Part shown: positions 1 to 13,777 of the stretch, piece after piece | How positions within the stretch are numbered: position 1 is the stretch's first letter | How the letters are laid out: each line of letters begins with the position of its first letter | DNA from: Eledone cirrhosa | Taxonomy: Eukaryota | Length of the DNA: 64,000 nt | Direction: 5' to 3' | Assembly (NCBI GenBank): GCA_964016885.1 | Contig: OZ024743.1 | Span: 189,038,001-189,102,000, forward strand | Made by a program: the position numbers and the translations under genes | Notes under the pieces: model-generated | Database searches by the model: none | What the model was told of the DNA's origin: nothing | Seen by the model: the letters and a program-made list of their open reading frames with translations, nothing else

Positions 1-700
1 TGCTGAATTTGGAAAAAGCTTAGCCACAAAGTTTGAATGCTTTACTGTCTCTGATGTGATACTTCATGCCTGTTTGTACTGCAAGTGCAAGAACGAGGAC
101 TTACTTCTGAGCCAAGTCTTGTAGGCCTTCCTTGTTCTTTGCTGCTCAGGTGGTACCTTTGACAACTTACTTGAACCAAGTGTCCTCCTGCCATCCTCCA
201 CCATACCGAGACTCTTTTGCCCACAACATTTAATAGCTGAAGCAGAAACTGCTGAGCTGAACAACCCCCTCTCTGTCTGAGTGTCCTCAGTTTCCCCAGG
301 GAAGTTTCTGAATTTGGATGCAATAATATCTGCCTACCTGGTCTTGACTTCCTTATCCACCAACATTTCTCAGTTTATCTTGTAAGTCACCCTGAACCTG
401 CCAGTTTTGTGGACTTCTTTTGTGTTAAGTAGTCCCAAGCTGGGGATAATTGAATGGTGATCAGATGGCAGCTTAGCACCTCTCTTTACATGGATATATA
501 GCACAGAATGGAAGACATCATAGACAATAATAAAATCAATTATTTATTTGTTCCTAATTCCCCTTATACCATGTATATTTATGGCTGTCTGTGTGCTGGA
601 TGAAGGTGTTCATAATAGAGCGTCCATTGCAAGAACAGGAGCTTAATAAGGCCTCTAAATTCATATTTCGGTCAGGTCATTGATCCTTCAAATCAATCTT
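1..700 (-). pseudogene. Decayed RTE-clade LINE, APE endonuclease region
   Basis: Minus-strand translation gives LLSSCSCNGRSIMNTF and IDFIIVYDVFHSVLYIHVKRGAKLPSDHHS (NT-F, IDF and SDH motifs of APE endonucleases); disrupted by stops. Confidence 0.75.
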
Positions 701-749
701 TTCCGTCTGGGTATATGACTCAGAAGGAAGGTAGGTGTAAAAGCCAAAC

Positions 750-1198
750 ATATCTATCTTCAATTCAGTTTTCATGCCAACTCTTACCTATGATCATGAA
801 ACTTGAGTAATGATCAAAAGAATACGATTGTGAATACAAGTGGCTGAAATGGGGTTCTTCTGAATGGTCTTTGGAGTAACATTACTTGACAGAGTGCAAA
901 GCTTGAAGATCAGAGAGTCACTCGATGTAGAGATGCTACTTCTCCAAATTGACAGATCACAGCTCTGATATTAAGGGTACGTAGTTAGAATGTTTTATGG
1001 CAAAACCAACTGACAGGAGATCCAGGGGCAGATCCTGAGCAAAATAGTTGTATAACATCCATGAGCTTGGCTAGTTTCACTTGGGGATCCTGCCAGATCG
1101 GTTGGGGAAGGTTACTTCTGATAGGACCTGCTGGAAGGACTGTTTGGGGACTCTGTCTAAATGACCCTCTCAGGAATAAATGGGCAAAGAAGAAGATT
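750..1198 (+). pseudogene. Decayed RTE-clade LINE, C-terminal region and 3' end
   Basis: Translation SVFMPTLTYDHET*VMIKRIRL*IQVAEMGFF* resembles the RTE PxLxYGxExW...AEMxFLR region; ends at a (TA)n tract. Confidence 0.7.
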
Positions 1199-3689
1199 TC
1201 ATATATATATATATAGAGAGAGAGAATTATATCATTATTAAGTTTCCGTTAGTAAAATCAACTAATTTGATTATGTAACAAGAATCTGAAGCCGCTTACA
1301 GTGGTGTTTTACTCAACGGTCAAATTATTTCATTTGGTAGTCCCACTATAGGTTCCAAATGTAACAATTTATGGAGTTTATATAGAAATTTACAAATTAT
1401 TATTTAAAACTTCACAATCTAGAACAGTGGGAATAAAATTTATTGCATAAATCTAACACGTGTTTTATCGTATGTGTTACATACGATAAATATAGCAAAT
1501 ATTTGACTATTTAAATCAAATGACATCGAATCCAATACACTTATAAAATCGTATGAAGTTACAACAAATTTTCAAACTGGAATAAGAGCTGTTTCACTTA
1601 TAGATATATATAGAAGTCAAGCAAGAATTAAAGGAAACAGAAAAAAAGAAAAGAGAAAACGTGATTAAGTAAAGGAAAAAGAAAGAGGAAGAAACACGTG
1701 AAATAATAGAGAGGGAGTGGTACATGGAGGATAGTATTTTAGACAGAAAGACATAAACAGCAAAATTTTCGGAAAAAAAAAATCGAGATTTTTAAAAAGA
1801 ATATTTTTATAAACTTTTAAAGAAAAATTTGAAGAAAATATTTGAAAGATTTGAGGAAAATGTTTGAGAAATTTTATGAAAAGTTTTGAATTTTGCGTGA
1901 AATGATTTATAATATTTGCTGAAACATTTTATAAAATATTGCCGAAATATTTTGAGGAAGATTTTGTGGAAACGTTTTGAAAAATTGTTAGGAAATCTTT
2001 TGAAAATGTTAGGAAAATATTAAGAAAATGTTAAGAAAATGTTTTAGGAATTTTTTGAAAGATGTTGAGAAAAAGTTTTAAGGAAGTTTTTAAGAAGATA
2101 TTTTAAAACATTTGGAGAAATATGTTTGTGCAAACCTTAGAAAGAATTATTTAGCACATATTTTGAGTAAACTCTTGGTGAAATATGGGGAAAATATTTC
2201 AATTGTTTAAGTTATGCGAAAGTAAAACATGTCAACATTGGTCTCGAAAAAAAAAAGCTTTCATGAAAAAGCGTAATCTTCAAAAATCTTCAAACAATTC
2301 TTCGAAAAACTATCTAAAATATTATCTCAAAATATTTCCCAAAAATGTTTTAAGAAATCTTTCAGTGAATGTTTAGAAAAATTTGAAAGAAAATTAAAAA
2401 AACTTTTTCATAAACCATTAAAAATACTTCGTTACAATATTTGTTGATATTTCTCTATTACAAATATTTGAAGAACAGTTAGAGAAAAATATTTTGGAAA
2501 ATTTTGAAAATAAGTTTTGAAAAATATGTGAGGCAAATGTTTCAAAAGGTTTGCTGAATTATTTTGTGAAAACATTTTTGATAAATTTTTAAAGAAAATA
2601 TTCAGGCAAATACTTTGTGAAATTTTCAAGGATTATTTTTTAATCTTTAGAAGCGTTTTTGCTGAATGTTTTGGGAAAATATTTAATAACAATACAAAGA
2701 GTAATTATCTGATAAATAGTTTTGGACATTACACACCTTCACTTTATGTTGTCTTTTAAATTTCACCATTTACATGCTCCGTTACACTCCATCGCTAAAT
2801 CACTTTTATTTACGTTTGAATAGAAAGGAATTAAAATTGCTTTCGATGAAAGTAGTGATGATAGAGGAGACAATAGGGATGTAGTGGAGATGGTGGTGGA
2901 AACCATAGTGAGAAGAGAGAGACAGAAGAAAGCAATTGTTCAGGTAAAGTAAATTCATCAAAATATTCTCAAAGGTTTTTCAACATTATTGAAAGAAATT
3001 TGAGAATATATTAAAAGAATGATATATATTTTTCAAAGATTTTGAAAAATATATTTAAGAAAGTTTTGATGGAGAGTTTTCAAATATTGTGAGTAATATG
3101 TTTTAGTATACCTATTAAATCTTAGAAGAAATTTTAAAAAGAATAATCGAAAATATTTAAGAGAATATTCAGCTGATTCAAAAGTAAACTTTGTCAACGT
3201 TTGCCATAAAACATGTTAAAAATAATAAAAAATCATTCATCAAAATATTCTCAAATGCTTTTCTTTGAATATTTAAAAAAATACGTCATTAAAATTGTCG
3301 TCAAAACTTTTCACAAATCTTCATAAAAAAACTGTCTCAAATATTTTAGTCAAAATTATCTCAAAACTTCTAAAATCTTTCTGAGAAAAGTTTCTGTAAA
3401 ATTTTGAAAAACTTTTAATGAAAATTGAAAAAGAAATTCGAAAACTATTCACAATTTGTGTTAATAATACAAAGAGAATATTAGTTGTAATAATTGATAT
3501 AGAAAGTTGTAAGTAGAATTTCCGAATAAAGTGAGAATAAGTTTCGATGCAGAAGTATTTTCAACAATGTTTGATTAAATTTTAAATTTAGAGGAAAGTT
3601 TTAGTGACATTTTTATAAAATGTTTAACAATAATAAAATCATTAATTGATAGTTTTCGACGAATACACATCTTCCCTTAAAATTGTAAT

Positions 3690-4833
3690 CTCACCCCATA
3701 AACAATATAATTTTCACATTGTTCATATTAAAATATGTTCCAGCATGTCGAAACCAGATTTTTCCACAGTGGAGAAAGAAATTATTTAATCAGATAGTTT
3801 CCATCTTTGTTGCTTTAATAATCCTCCATGGAAAAGAGATGTTATGCTTTACGAGTTCAAAAAAACGGCGACAGGTGCTACGAATACTTTAACAAATATG
3901 CAAACGTGCAAGGTGAAAGTGCTTTGAATGTTCGTAAATGCCGAGAATGGTTCAATAAATTTCGAAAGGGGACATTGTTTTGGGAGATGGTTAACGCTCT
4001 GGGTGACCTGTGCCTTTTGATAATGATATGCTGCAAGAGTCTCCATGCAGCTGTTATAGAGTTAGAGGAGACGATTAATTCAACGCTGTTAACCGTCAAT
4101 CACCATTTACAGGAATTTGGACAGTTGTCTAATCTTGGTAAGTAGATTTTACATGAACGCAGTGAAAATAATCGAAGAGAGCGCGTCATCATCTGCATGG
4201 CTCATCATTCTCGAGAGCGTAAGCCACCAATTTTAATTGTGTAGTAAACGGTGATGAAAAGTAGATACTGTATAAAACTGTTAAACCTCATCTGAAACAA
4301 GATCTTCAGATGGTCTTGGTACGTATTTGGTGGGATATAACGGGTGTAATACACTTTGAAACCTCGCCACAAAATCAAACAACCAAAACTCAAGTAAACT
4401 ATGAACATCTCGATCAATTAAATGACAATTTTAAAGAAAAATAGTCCTCTTTGCTCAATTGAAAGAATGTTATCACTACAACGCTCGACCTCATAGTGCA
4501 AGAATTATATGTTTCAGAATTGAGAAACTTATTTGGGAAAAGCTTCCACATCCTCCATATTCACCCGAACTTGTTATATCAGATTTTCATTTATTATGAA
4601 GTTTGTAACATTCTGTTAATAGAAAAGAGTGAAATTACTTAGAAGCCCTTGAAATGGACCTATGCAACTTCCCCACCCCAAAACCGGTTGACTTTTATAG
4701 GAATTTACAGCATTAGAAGAATATTATTGATTTAGATGGGGAATATATATTTGATTAAATTAGTGTGTAAATTGTGTTTTATCTCTTCAAATTCTACTAC
4801 CAGATACGACCTTACCTATGGGATAACCTGATA
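3690..4833 (+). mobile_element. Decayed mariner (Tc1/mariner) DNA transposon
   Basis: HTH-like ALNVRKCREWFNKFRKG, GDEK, IWWDITGVIHFE, NARPH and HPPYSPELVISDFHL (YSPDL motif) in broken frames; 3' TIR-like end ...tatgggataacctgata at about 4817-4833; 5' TIR degenerate. Confidence 0.85.
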
Positions 4834-5064
4834 CAATTTTATTGATTTTTATTGGTGGGATTTGAATACAGAATGTGTAAAGTCAATACCATATAATAGT
4901 AATAATAATTTCGTACATTGATGACTCAATGACTAATTTTGGAGTAGGTCTGCAGAGGATTCAATAATTGTTGCTAAACTTTTTTCATTAAGAAAGAAGA
5001 AAGCAGATTCAACTTTGTGAGATAAAAAACACAGAACATATATGGATGAAATATATATTGAGTT

Positions 5065-5280
5065 TAAATTTAGTCACAAAGTCAGCAAATTTAAGAGGAA
5101 ATGACAAAATTGATTAAATCAACTCAGTACTTAACTGGTATTATATATTATCAACCCTGGATGATGAAGGCAAAATTGATCTTGGCAGGATTTGAACTCA
5201 GACCCTAAAGAGCTAAAAAATATGTAGCAATGACATTTTATACAATGATCTACCATTTCTGTCAACACACCTTCCGCCTG
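5065..5280 (-). mobile_element. tRNA-derived SINE, Octopus-type family (diverged)
   Basis: Reverse-strand B-box-like gagttcaaatcc and core ...atgaaggcaaa...ggcaggatttgaactcag shared with copies near 9450-9620, 11610-11803 and 58535-58670. Confidence 0.7.
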
Positions 5281-6819
5281 TAAATTAAATATTGCAAATT
5301 ACTTTTTCTGCCACTGAAACAACTATTTTTTCATTTGCCCCATGAGTGAATTACATAAACATTGCAGTATTTATGCAGAATTGATTATTAAAATGAAATC
5401 AAACTTGGAAAAAGACAGTATACATTGTTACAAGAATATATATAACAGATATAGGTTTAATGCAGGTTATTTTCGTTCACTCAATATGAAGAACATCAGA
5501 ACAAGGAAAAATAACTATTATTTGGTCATCAAGTATGAAATTTGTAAAACTTTCTAGAAAAAAACAACAAATTCCGACAAATTTCATACTTGACGAACAA
5601 ATAGAATCAAGATGCACATACATGGACATCAAAATTTACATACTAAGTCAGTATAACAACACCAAGCTATATATAGAATACAAAGCCAAAGCTACTTCAT
5701 CCAACCCTAAATGTTTAATTGGTAGCAAAGATTATATCGGAATAGTAACGAGCAAGTCCAAGAAATGATTTAGTAAGCCCACGTTTTTTCATGAATACTA
5801 ATAAGAGTAAGACATTATATCATTAATTGTATTTGGCAGCTGAATAGGAACGATATCCAGCATAAAACAAAATGGAAGATAATAGAGCAGAGCAGAATAT
5901 ACAAAAACAACAGCAGGTGATGTTAATTATGAACAGAGAAATTGAACATCATACTGAACAGAATTACAAGCTCACAAACATATCTAAGTATCAAATCAAA
6001 GGTTTTCACTGGATATTGCCACTTTGATAATTTTTTTTAAGCCCACATGATCAGTTGTGTCCCCATTTCGAAACTTGCTATTACTATTTAGTCTTATTCA
6101 TAGTTTTATATTTTATTGATAAACTTAGTTAGCTCTATAAACATATCACCTAGCCAATGCCAGTAAAGAAACTTTAGAATGAATTATCCTTGCTTTCAAT
6201 CAGCTTATTATACACTTTATAGTAATATATAGATAATGTTTCAATATATGTAAACTTCATTTTAATGCATAAATTTAACTAAGTAAAATAATAACATATG
6301 TTATTTGTTTAATATTTTAATCCTTTTATAACACATCATAGCTAACAACTGATCATAGTTATTTGTTTATTTAACTAATAGCTCTATTTGATTATTTAAA
6401 AACCTATAAATTAATATTACCATCCATGCAAAACAACTCTGTAAGCACAGTTTTCTGCCTTCATTTTCGTCCATCACCCCCATTTAACTTTGTCACTTTT
6501 TCTCATTTTCATTAATTTTAAGGATTATGTTTTGTTTTTTTTCTTGGGTCTAAATTCTCTCACTATGAAGAAATTGTTTTAAATATCTTTTGGGGCTAAA
6601 GTCTATATATTATCATCTTTAATAAATATAATGGGTCCTTAGCTTAATGGTTAAAGCGTCTAGCTAGTATTTGGAAGATATGAGATTTCAATTCCTCATA
6701 ACTGCCAATGGCAACTTCTTGTTCCATCTTTTGAGGGTCTTCACTCTATTTTATAAGCTATCTTTATAGCATTTTTGCACTTGAGCACTTTCTTTATACT
6801 TATATATATCATCATTCAT

Positions 6820-6983
6820 CATCATTTCATTTTACGTCTGCTTTTTCCCTGCTTGCAAGGGTGGGACGGGGACTGATTCTGACTTGATTTCTACAGCTGG
6901 ATGCCCTTCCTAACACCAACCTCATTTACAGTGAGTGCTGGGTGCTTTTTTGCCGTGGCACCTCCACGACCACTTTGCAGTGG
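6820..6983 (-). mobile_element. Short 3'-end fragment of RTE LINE subfamily B
   Basis: (CAT)n tail and ctacagctggatgcccttcctaacaccaacctcatttacagtgag, matching the 3' UTRs of the copies at 47886-50384 and 53625-54812. Confidence 0.75.
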
Positions 6984-7004
6984 AATGATATGGACCCCAG
7001 TCCT

Positions 7005-7149
7005 ATCATCTCATTTCTACAGCTGAGTAAACTGGAGCAATGTGAAATAAAGTGTCTTGCTCATGGAAACAACATCACCCGGTCTGAGAATTGAACTCAC
7101 AACCTTTCGATTGCAAGGCCAATGTTCTCACCACTAAGTCATGTGCCTC
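7005..7149 (-). mobile_element. tRNA-derived SINE (second family)
   Basis: Reverse strand has A-box-like ttagtggtgagaa, B-box gagttcaattc and gttgtttccatgagcaagacact core, homologous to 58113-58395. Confidence 0.7.
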
Positions 7150-7198
7150 GATATATATATATTCTCAGCGCTTCAAAAGGCAAACGTTCAGCTTCATA

Positions 7199-7241
<43 letters not shown>

Positions 7242-7320
7242 ATATATACATATGTGTGTGTGTGAGTATATATATATATATACACAATATACACAATATA
7301 CACGTGTGTGTGTGTGTGTG

Positions 7321-7371
<51 letters not shown>

Positions 7372-10300
7372 TTATATGTATATATATATATATGTAATGT
7401 GGTTGCTGATAGGAAGGGCACATAGCTTTAGAAAACCTGCTAAACAAAGGGTTAGGAGGTCTCTTCAAATGTGTCAAAGACATGACACATTCCTTTCTGT
7501 TTGTGCTATTATAAAATGCACTTGTCAGACCACATGATAATATGTTGGACTGCTGCCCCACCTGAAGCTCAGTGGCTCCATTTGAGTACTGACATGTCCT
7601 TCCCTTGCTAACAGGGAAACCAGATCTTAAATCATAATATATATATGTGTGTGTGTGTTTCCCCAAAATGGCTGACTGAACGCACATGTACTTTTTCTCA
7701 AAAAATTGTTTTGTTTCCTCCTCTTTTCCCATTCTATTGCATCTTTTATTTCTCATCCTTTCTTTTGAAGAAGGACTAGTGTCCGAAATGTAAAAACTCT
7801 TTTCCTTCTATATCAAGCATTCAACTAATAAATTTCTTCATTGTACTGTCTTGTTTGTTTTTTTACTATTTACTTTTGCATATATATATATGTATTATAA
7901 AATAACAGGTGGCTGGACTGGTGTAATTCCTTAAAAGGTTCACTATACTATGATCATTTCAATGACCAGGTTCAATATGAATCCGGTGACATCATCAGGT
8001 ATTCGAAATATAACAAAGGAATATAATAGACAAAATCCATGGTACTGAAAATCAGAGACATGAGGGCGGCCAACCATTTAGCAGCTACCAGCCCAGTCAA
8101 CCGCCCTCAATAAATATTTTTTTTCTAGTTGACTATTGTTGGGATATTTCGCTCTAGCATAGTCAGACATAATTTTGTTTATATTTAAATGTGTTCTGGT
8201 TTGTATCTTAGTATATATCTCTTTTTGGCTGACAGATTGATGGGAACTCATCTGTTTCAATACCATCATAAGAAATGAAAAATTGTTGGATTATATATTT
8301 GTCCTTGAAGTTTTAGCATCAGGTAAATATACTGTACATATATGTTCTGTATCTAGATATATTCAAAATTCATTCTTTCTTTTTATTTATTTCAGATAGA
8401 CATTGTTCTGAGCTCCAGATAATTTCTATTAAGTCATAAACCACTAAGTGAAAAAATATTCATTGGTTAGGTAAATAAAGATGTGGTTTGTATGTATATA
8501 ATTACAATGTTTTTTTCTATATGTATATGTAAATGTGTATGTGGGGTGGTGGTGCATGTGTAGGTATATGTATAAGTTCTTCTATTCATCTTAAGAACTT
8601 AGATGTGATGAATTTCCATCAGAACTCGGCATTTCATTTTCTTTTCCAGTTTGTTTCATATCTTTCTTTTGGACATGTAATATAGTGCCACACGTATATG
8701 CACTTATGATATTTTGGCATTAAAAATATATATCCATATGGTGGACATATTACAGCTTGGCAAAATGAACACACCATTCTGTTACTCACATATTTCTATG
8801 TACATCAAAATGAATAAATGCATAATATATTAATACACTTTCTGTATTTATGCTGGCTTTTTTTCTCTACCAAAGTTTATTCTTAAAAGCTTTCAGCCAG
8901 ATTATCTAGTTTGAAAATGTTATGATTTTATTTTCTCAACCAAACTGCATGCTTCACACCACCTTCTTTTCAGTTTTTATGCTATAAATATACTCTAATT
9001 ATGTAGAAACATTATGATAGCCAGTATCTTCTAATCGTAAGACCTGAAACTGGGGTAGATGTTGAGAGATAAACAGAAGTAGTTTTACTAACATTCTGAT
9101 ATATAGTAAACAGAATGCATTCACTTGACTAATGTAAATGTAAGAATTGGTAATTGAACAGGAGAGTGGAAATACTGAGTGGTATTAGGAAAAAATAGAT
9201 ATATAAGAAAAATCTTTCCTAAAGAAGATTGAAATCTCAGTGCAAAATATAATTGTTATAAATGCTTTTGCAAGGTTTTAGTGGGTGAAATATCCATTGG
9301 TTAAAATGGTCTACATTCAAATATTTGACCAACTGTATTCTTACACAGAAAATAAACGCATAAGTCGCTGAGTAAACCAGAGACATTTGTGCGCTTAATG
9401 CAATTCTCATACTGAATCAGCCTAGCATGTGAAAATGCTGAAGATTTGAATTAGAGGTAAAATCATAGAGAAAGAGATAAAAATTAACCCTTAAAATTGA
9501 TCTATTGACCGTAAAAGGATGAAAGGCTAATTTCACTTCAGCATTAGTTGAACTCAAAGGTTAGAAAGTAGAACAACTCTATATGATGCTCTAATGATTC
9601 TGTCAATTTGCTGCACTTATATATTTTGTTTAAAACCATGGAAACATTCTGGACTTGTGAGTATTCTATTCGCTAAAACATTATTCAAAATATTTAAGTA
9701 TCAATATACATAAATTTAGTAATTGAAGATTACATACTCATGCTTACATAAATACAAAACCCTTTGTTCCTGTTAGTGTCTAGCCTCAAATCAGCCCTGA
9801 TTCAATAAACTAAGACAAAAGACATTCCTGCCAAGACATACCATCTTTTTTCAAACCTACATTATCTAATATATCCTTTTTAAGATGGTAGCATATGAAT
9901 TGAGGTAAATGTTGCTATTTCTAACAGGCAAAATGATTGCATATAGGGTTGTATCAAAATCAATAGTGTTCACATTACATATACATGAATACCTAAGTCA
10001 ACCAAAGAACTGTGGTGTAAATAATTGCACAAAGCATTTGTAAACTTTTATTATTTTTGTTAAACTAGAATACTCTCATTAAGCTTGTACATCCTTTTCA
10101 ACTCTACTACATAAAATATGGGCGAATATAGCATGAATTACCCAAGTGAATACGCCTACTATAGGAAATATAGGTCCAGTCCTTGTTAACATGGAAAACA
10201 GACATTAAATGATGATGATGAGTAGAATTCCACTTCTTGGCACCATCATGAAATGTCTTCTACCACTGCCTTAGTTCAATATAAGCCATGTGGGGAACTT

Positions 10301-10739
10301 ACGCAAACAAAAATTACATATAATCCTCTTAGAAGTACACTGCTTTTAAGTCAGCTTCTAAACTCGTCAAACAATGCAAGTTTAAATATGCCTGAATGTA
10401 ACATTAAACATATGGAAGTCTGTGGAATACTCAACGACTTACACTTACTATACAAACACTAAATAAGGGATCTTGTTTATCAAACAAATGAAACAGTGAT
10501 TTTGAAATCAAGACAAATACATATTTACTTATGTATAGTATTGATGTTGCATTTGTAAGTATTTCTACTTGCTAAATAACATTATGAACTTAGGTGCACT
10601 TTTAATATTTTACGGGTTTTAGTTATTAGACAGAAGTGGTGCTGACTCACTGCTTTAATTTAGTCAAGCATATTGATCCCAGTATTTATCATATTGATTT
10701 CTTTATGACATACCACTGTTATAGGATGGAAACAAACAG

Positions 10740-10805
<66 letters not shown>

Positions 10806-11082
10806 GGATATCCATGATAAAAAAAAGGTAAGACTTTTTATTTATGTGCTTCTACAAGAATGAGAGGAAAAATAGATATTATTATCTGTGTGTTCAGTAC
10901 CTCTGCATACCACACATTAGATTTGTTTATTCAATGTTTGACTCCTAATATTTATATCAGTGCTGAATCTATTCACCATTTTTTGCTGATTTTCAAACTA
11001 CATTAAGCTTGAAATGTTGTTGACAAACTTTATTCACTTGAACTTTTATCCTTGTAATTTATATGAGGCTATATAGAACCAT

Positions 11083-11413
11083 AGGAGAGGGACCAGGCTA
11101 AGAATAAGTCACTGTGACTGGCTATGTTGATATGAAATAGACCTTTGGCAGGCTCCCATGCTCTGTAATCTGGTGGGCATTTAGAAAACTAGGTGTAGGT
11201 AAATTGCTTATGATGGCACTCATAAGTTATTTGCCTGCACCTAGCTTTCTAACTGCCCATCAGATTACAGAGCATGGGAGTCTATCAAAGGCTTATTTCA
11301 TATCTACAAAGCCAGACACTGTAGTTTATTCTTAGTTTGTTGCCTCTCCTGTAGTTGTCTCACTAGAAAGAAGGCATCAGTAGTACTGCAGCCTGGCATA
11401 AGTTCAAACTGCA
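11083..11413. repeat. Fold-back inverted duplication of an RTE RT fragment
   Basis: 11083-11212 (+) encodes ...LPCSVIWWAFRKLGV; 11221-11413 is the reverse complement of the same RT segment; loop about 8 nt. Confidence 0.8.
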
Positions 11414-11609
11414 AACATATTTTTGTTTTTCCACTTCTTACTTATGTCTTTCTATTTCTTCTTTTGTTTCTATTTTCTGACAAAGGCCTAATGTCCAAAA
11501 TGTTAAGATTCTTTTCCTACTATTTCAAGTATTAAACTAGTATATATCATCAATGTACTGTATTGTACACATATGTTGTTTATACATAGTTGAATAGTTT
11601 TACCTATAT

Positions 11610-11803
11610 TGGCAGTATCGGTAGAACGTCAGACAACATGCTTTATAGCATAGAGTTACAGCCCCTTAAGATCTGAGTTCAAATCCTACTGAGGTTAAGT
11701 TTGCCTTTCATCCTTAAGGAGTCGATAAATAAAATACCAGTAATGCACAGGGGTGAATTTCGCCCTCCCCAAAATCGTTGGCCTAGTGCCTAAATCAGAA
11801 ACC
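11610..11803 (+). mobile_element. tRNA-derived SINE, Octopus-type family
   Basis: ggcagtatcggtagaacg (A-box-like) ... ctgagttcaaatcc (B-box) ... ttgcctttcatcc...gtcgataaataaaataccag...gtgcctaaatcagaaacc. Confidence 0.75.
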
Positions 11804-11846
11804 TATATTAACTCACGAATGGATATATTCATTTAAATAGTCGTAT

Positions 11847-12371
<525 letters not shown>

Positions 12372-12375
<4 letters not shown>

Positions 12376-13777
12376 CCAGGTCATGAAGGTCACGGAAAAA
12401 GTAATAGCGCAACTAATCAGAGAGAGAATTGACCTAGATGAAATGCAGTTCGGGTTTGTGTCAGGCAAAAGTACCACAGACGCTCTTTTCATAGTACGAC
12501 AACTACAGGAGAAGTACCTAGCTAAAGGTAAACCCCTCTACTTGGCTTTTGTCGACTTGGAGAAAGCCTGCGACAGAGTCCCCCGCTCCATTATCTGGTG
12601 GGCTCTTAGAAAACTAGGCGTTGACGAATGGCTTGTGAGGGCTATACAAGCCATGTATAAAGAAACAGTCAGCAAGGTTAGAATTAACAACGAATATAGT
12701 GAAGAGTTTAGCGTAAAAGTTGGCGTCCATCAGGGCTCTGTTCTCAGTCCACTACTATTTATTATTGCCCTTCAGGCTATAACAGAGGAGTTCAAGACAG
12801 GCTGCCCATGGGAACTCCTATACGCAGACGACCTGACACTCATAGCGGAATCAATGGCCGAGCTAGAGAAGAAATTCCAAACATGGAAGCACGGCCTAGA
12901 GTCAAAAGGACTTAAAATTAACCTGGCTAAGACCAAAGTACTAGTTTGTAGGAAAGAAAACAAGGCGGCGGTCCCTTCTGGGAAATGGTCGTGCTCGGTG
13001 TGTAGGAAAGGCGTAGGTAGAAACTCCATTTTATGTCCTAAATGCAAAGTATGGGTGCATAAAAGATGTAGTGGGATCACAGGTAAGCTAACTAAGAACA
13101 TAGATTTTACATGTGGCCGGTGCTCTGGTGCAATAAGTAGCAGCAAGTGCCCACAAACTACTAGCTCTTTCAATTGCGCAGAGGGTTCTATAGAAATAGT
13201 GGACAGCTTCCGTTACCTGGGCGATAAAATCAGCAGTGGGGGAGGGTGCTCTGAAAGTACTGTAGCTAGAGTCAGAACTGGTTGGAAAAAGTTCAGAGAG
13301 CTTATACCACTATTAGCTGCTAAAGGGTTCTCACTAAAAATGAAAGGCAGGTTGTACGATGCCTGCATACGAACAGCAATGCTGCATGGCAGTGAGACCT
13401 GGGCATTGTGTGCAGAGGATATACGCAGACTAGAGAGGAACGAAGCTTGCATGCTCCGCTGGATGTGTAACAGTAATATACGTGAACGGCAAAGCATAAA
13501 CGAACTAAGGAAAAAATTAGAGATAAGAGGGTTCAGATGTTGTTTACTCGAGAGAAGGCTACGTTGGTATGGACACGTGATGCGCATGAAAGTCGATAGC
13601 TGTATAACAAAGTGCAGGGCAATAAAGTTAGACGGTAGTCACGGAATAGGCAGACCTAGAAAAACCTGGGACAAGCTGATAAACTCCGACATCACACACT
13701 TACACCTCTCCAAGACAATGTCACTGGACCGAGACCTTTGGCGGTACTCAGTAACAGAGAAAACCCGCCTTACCTAA
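12372..13777 (+). CDS. Open RT reading frame (partial) with an inserted PHD-type C4HC3 finger
   Basis: Non-repetitive part of ORF 11876-13777, starting at DQVMKV; no internal stops; its N-terminal IY run is microsatellite. Confidence 0.85.

Noticed and set aside
6633-6712. tRNA-like sequence with A and B boxes
   Set aside because: No complete cloverleaf; more likely a decayed SINE head, as for 58113-58185
8236-8470. Two exon-like segments with ag...ag|gtaaat boundaries
   Set aside because: The second segment has stops in all three + frames and neither shows protein similarity; cannot be supported without RNA data
12772-13587. Antisense ORFs over LINE and PLE coding regions (also 46848-47190, 48837-49955 and 21254-22414)
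   Set aside because: Shadow frames of the RT genes with no independent motifs
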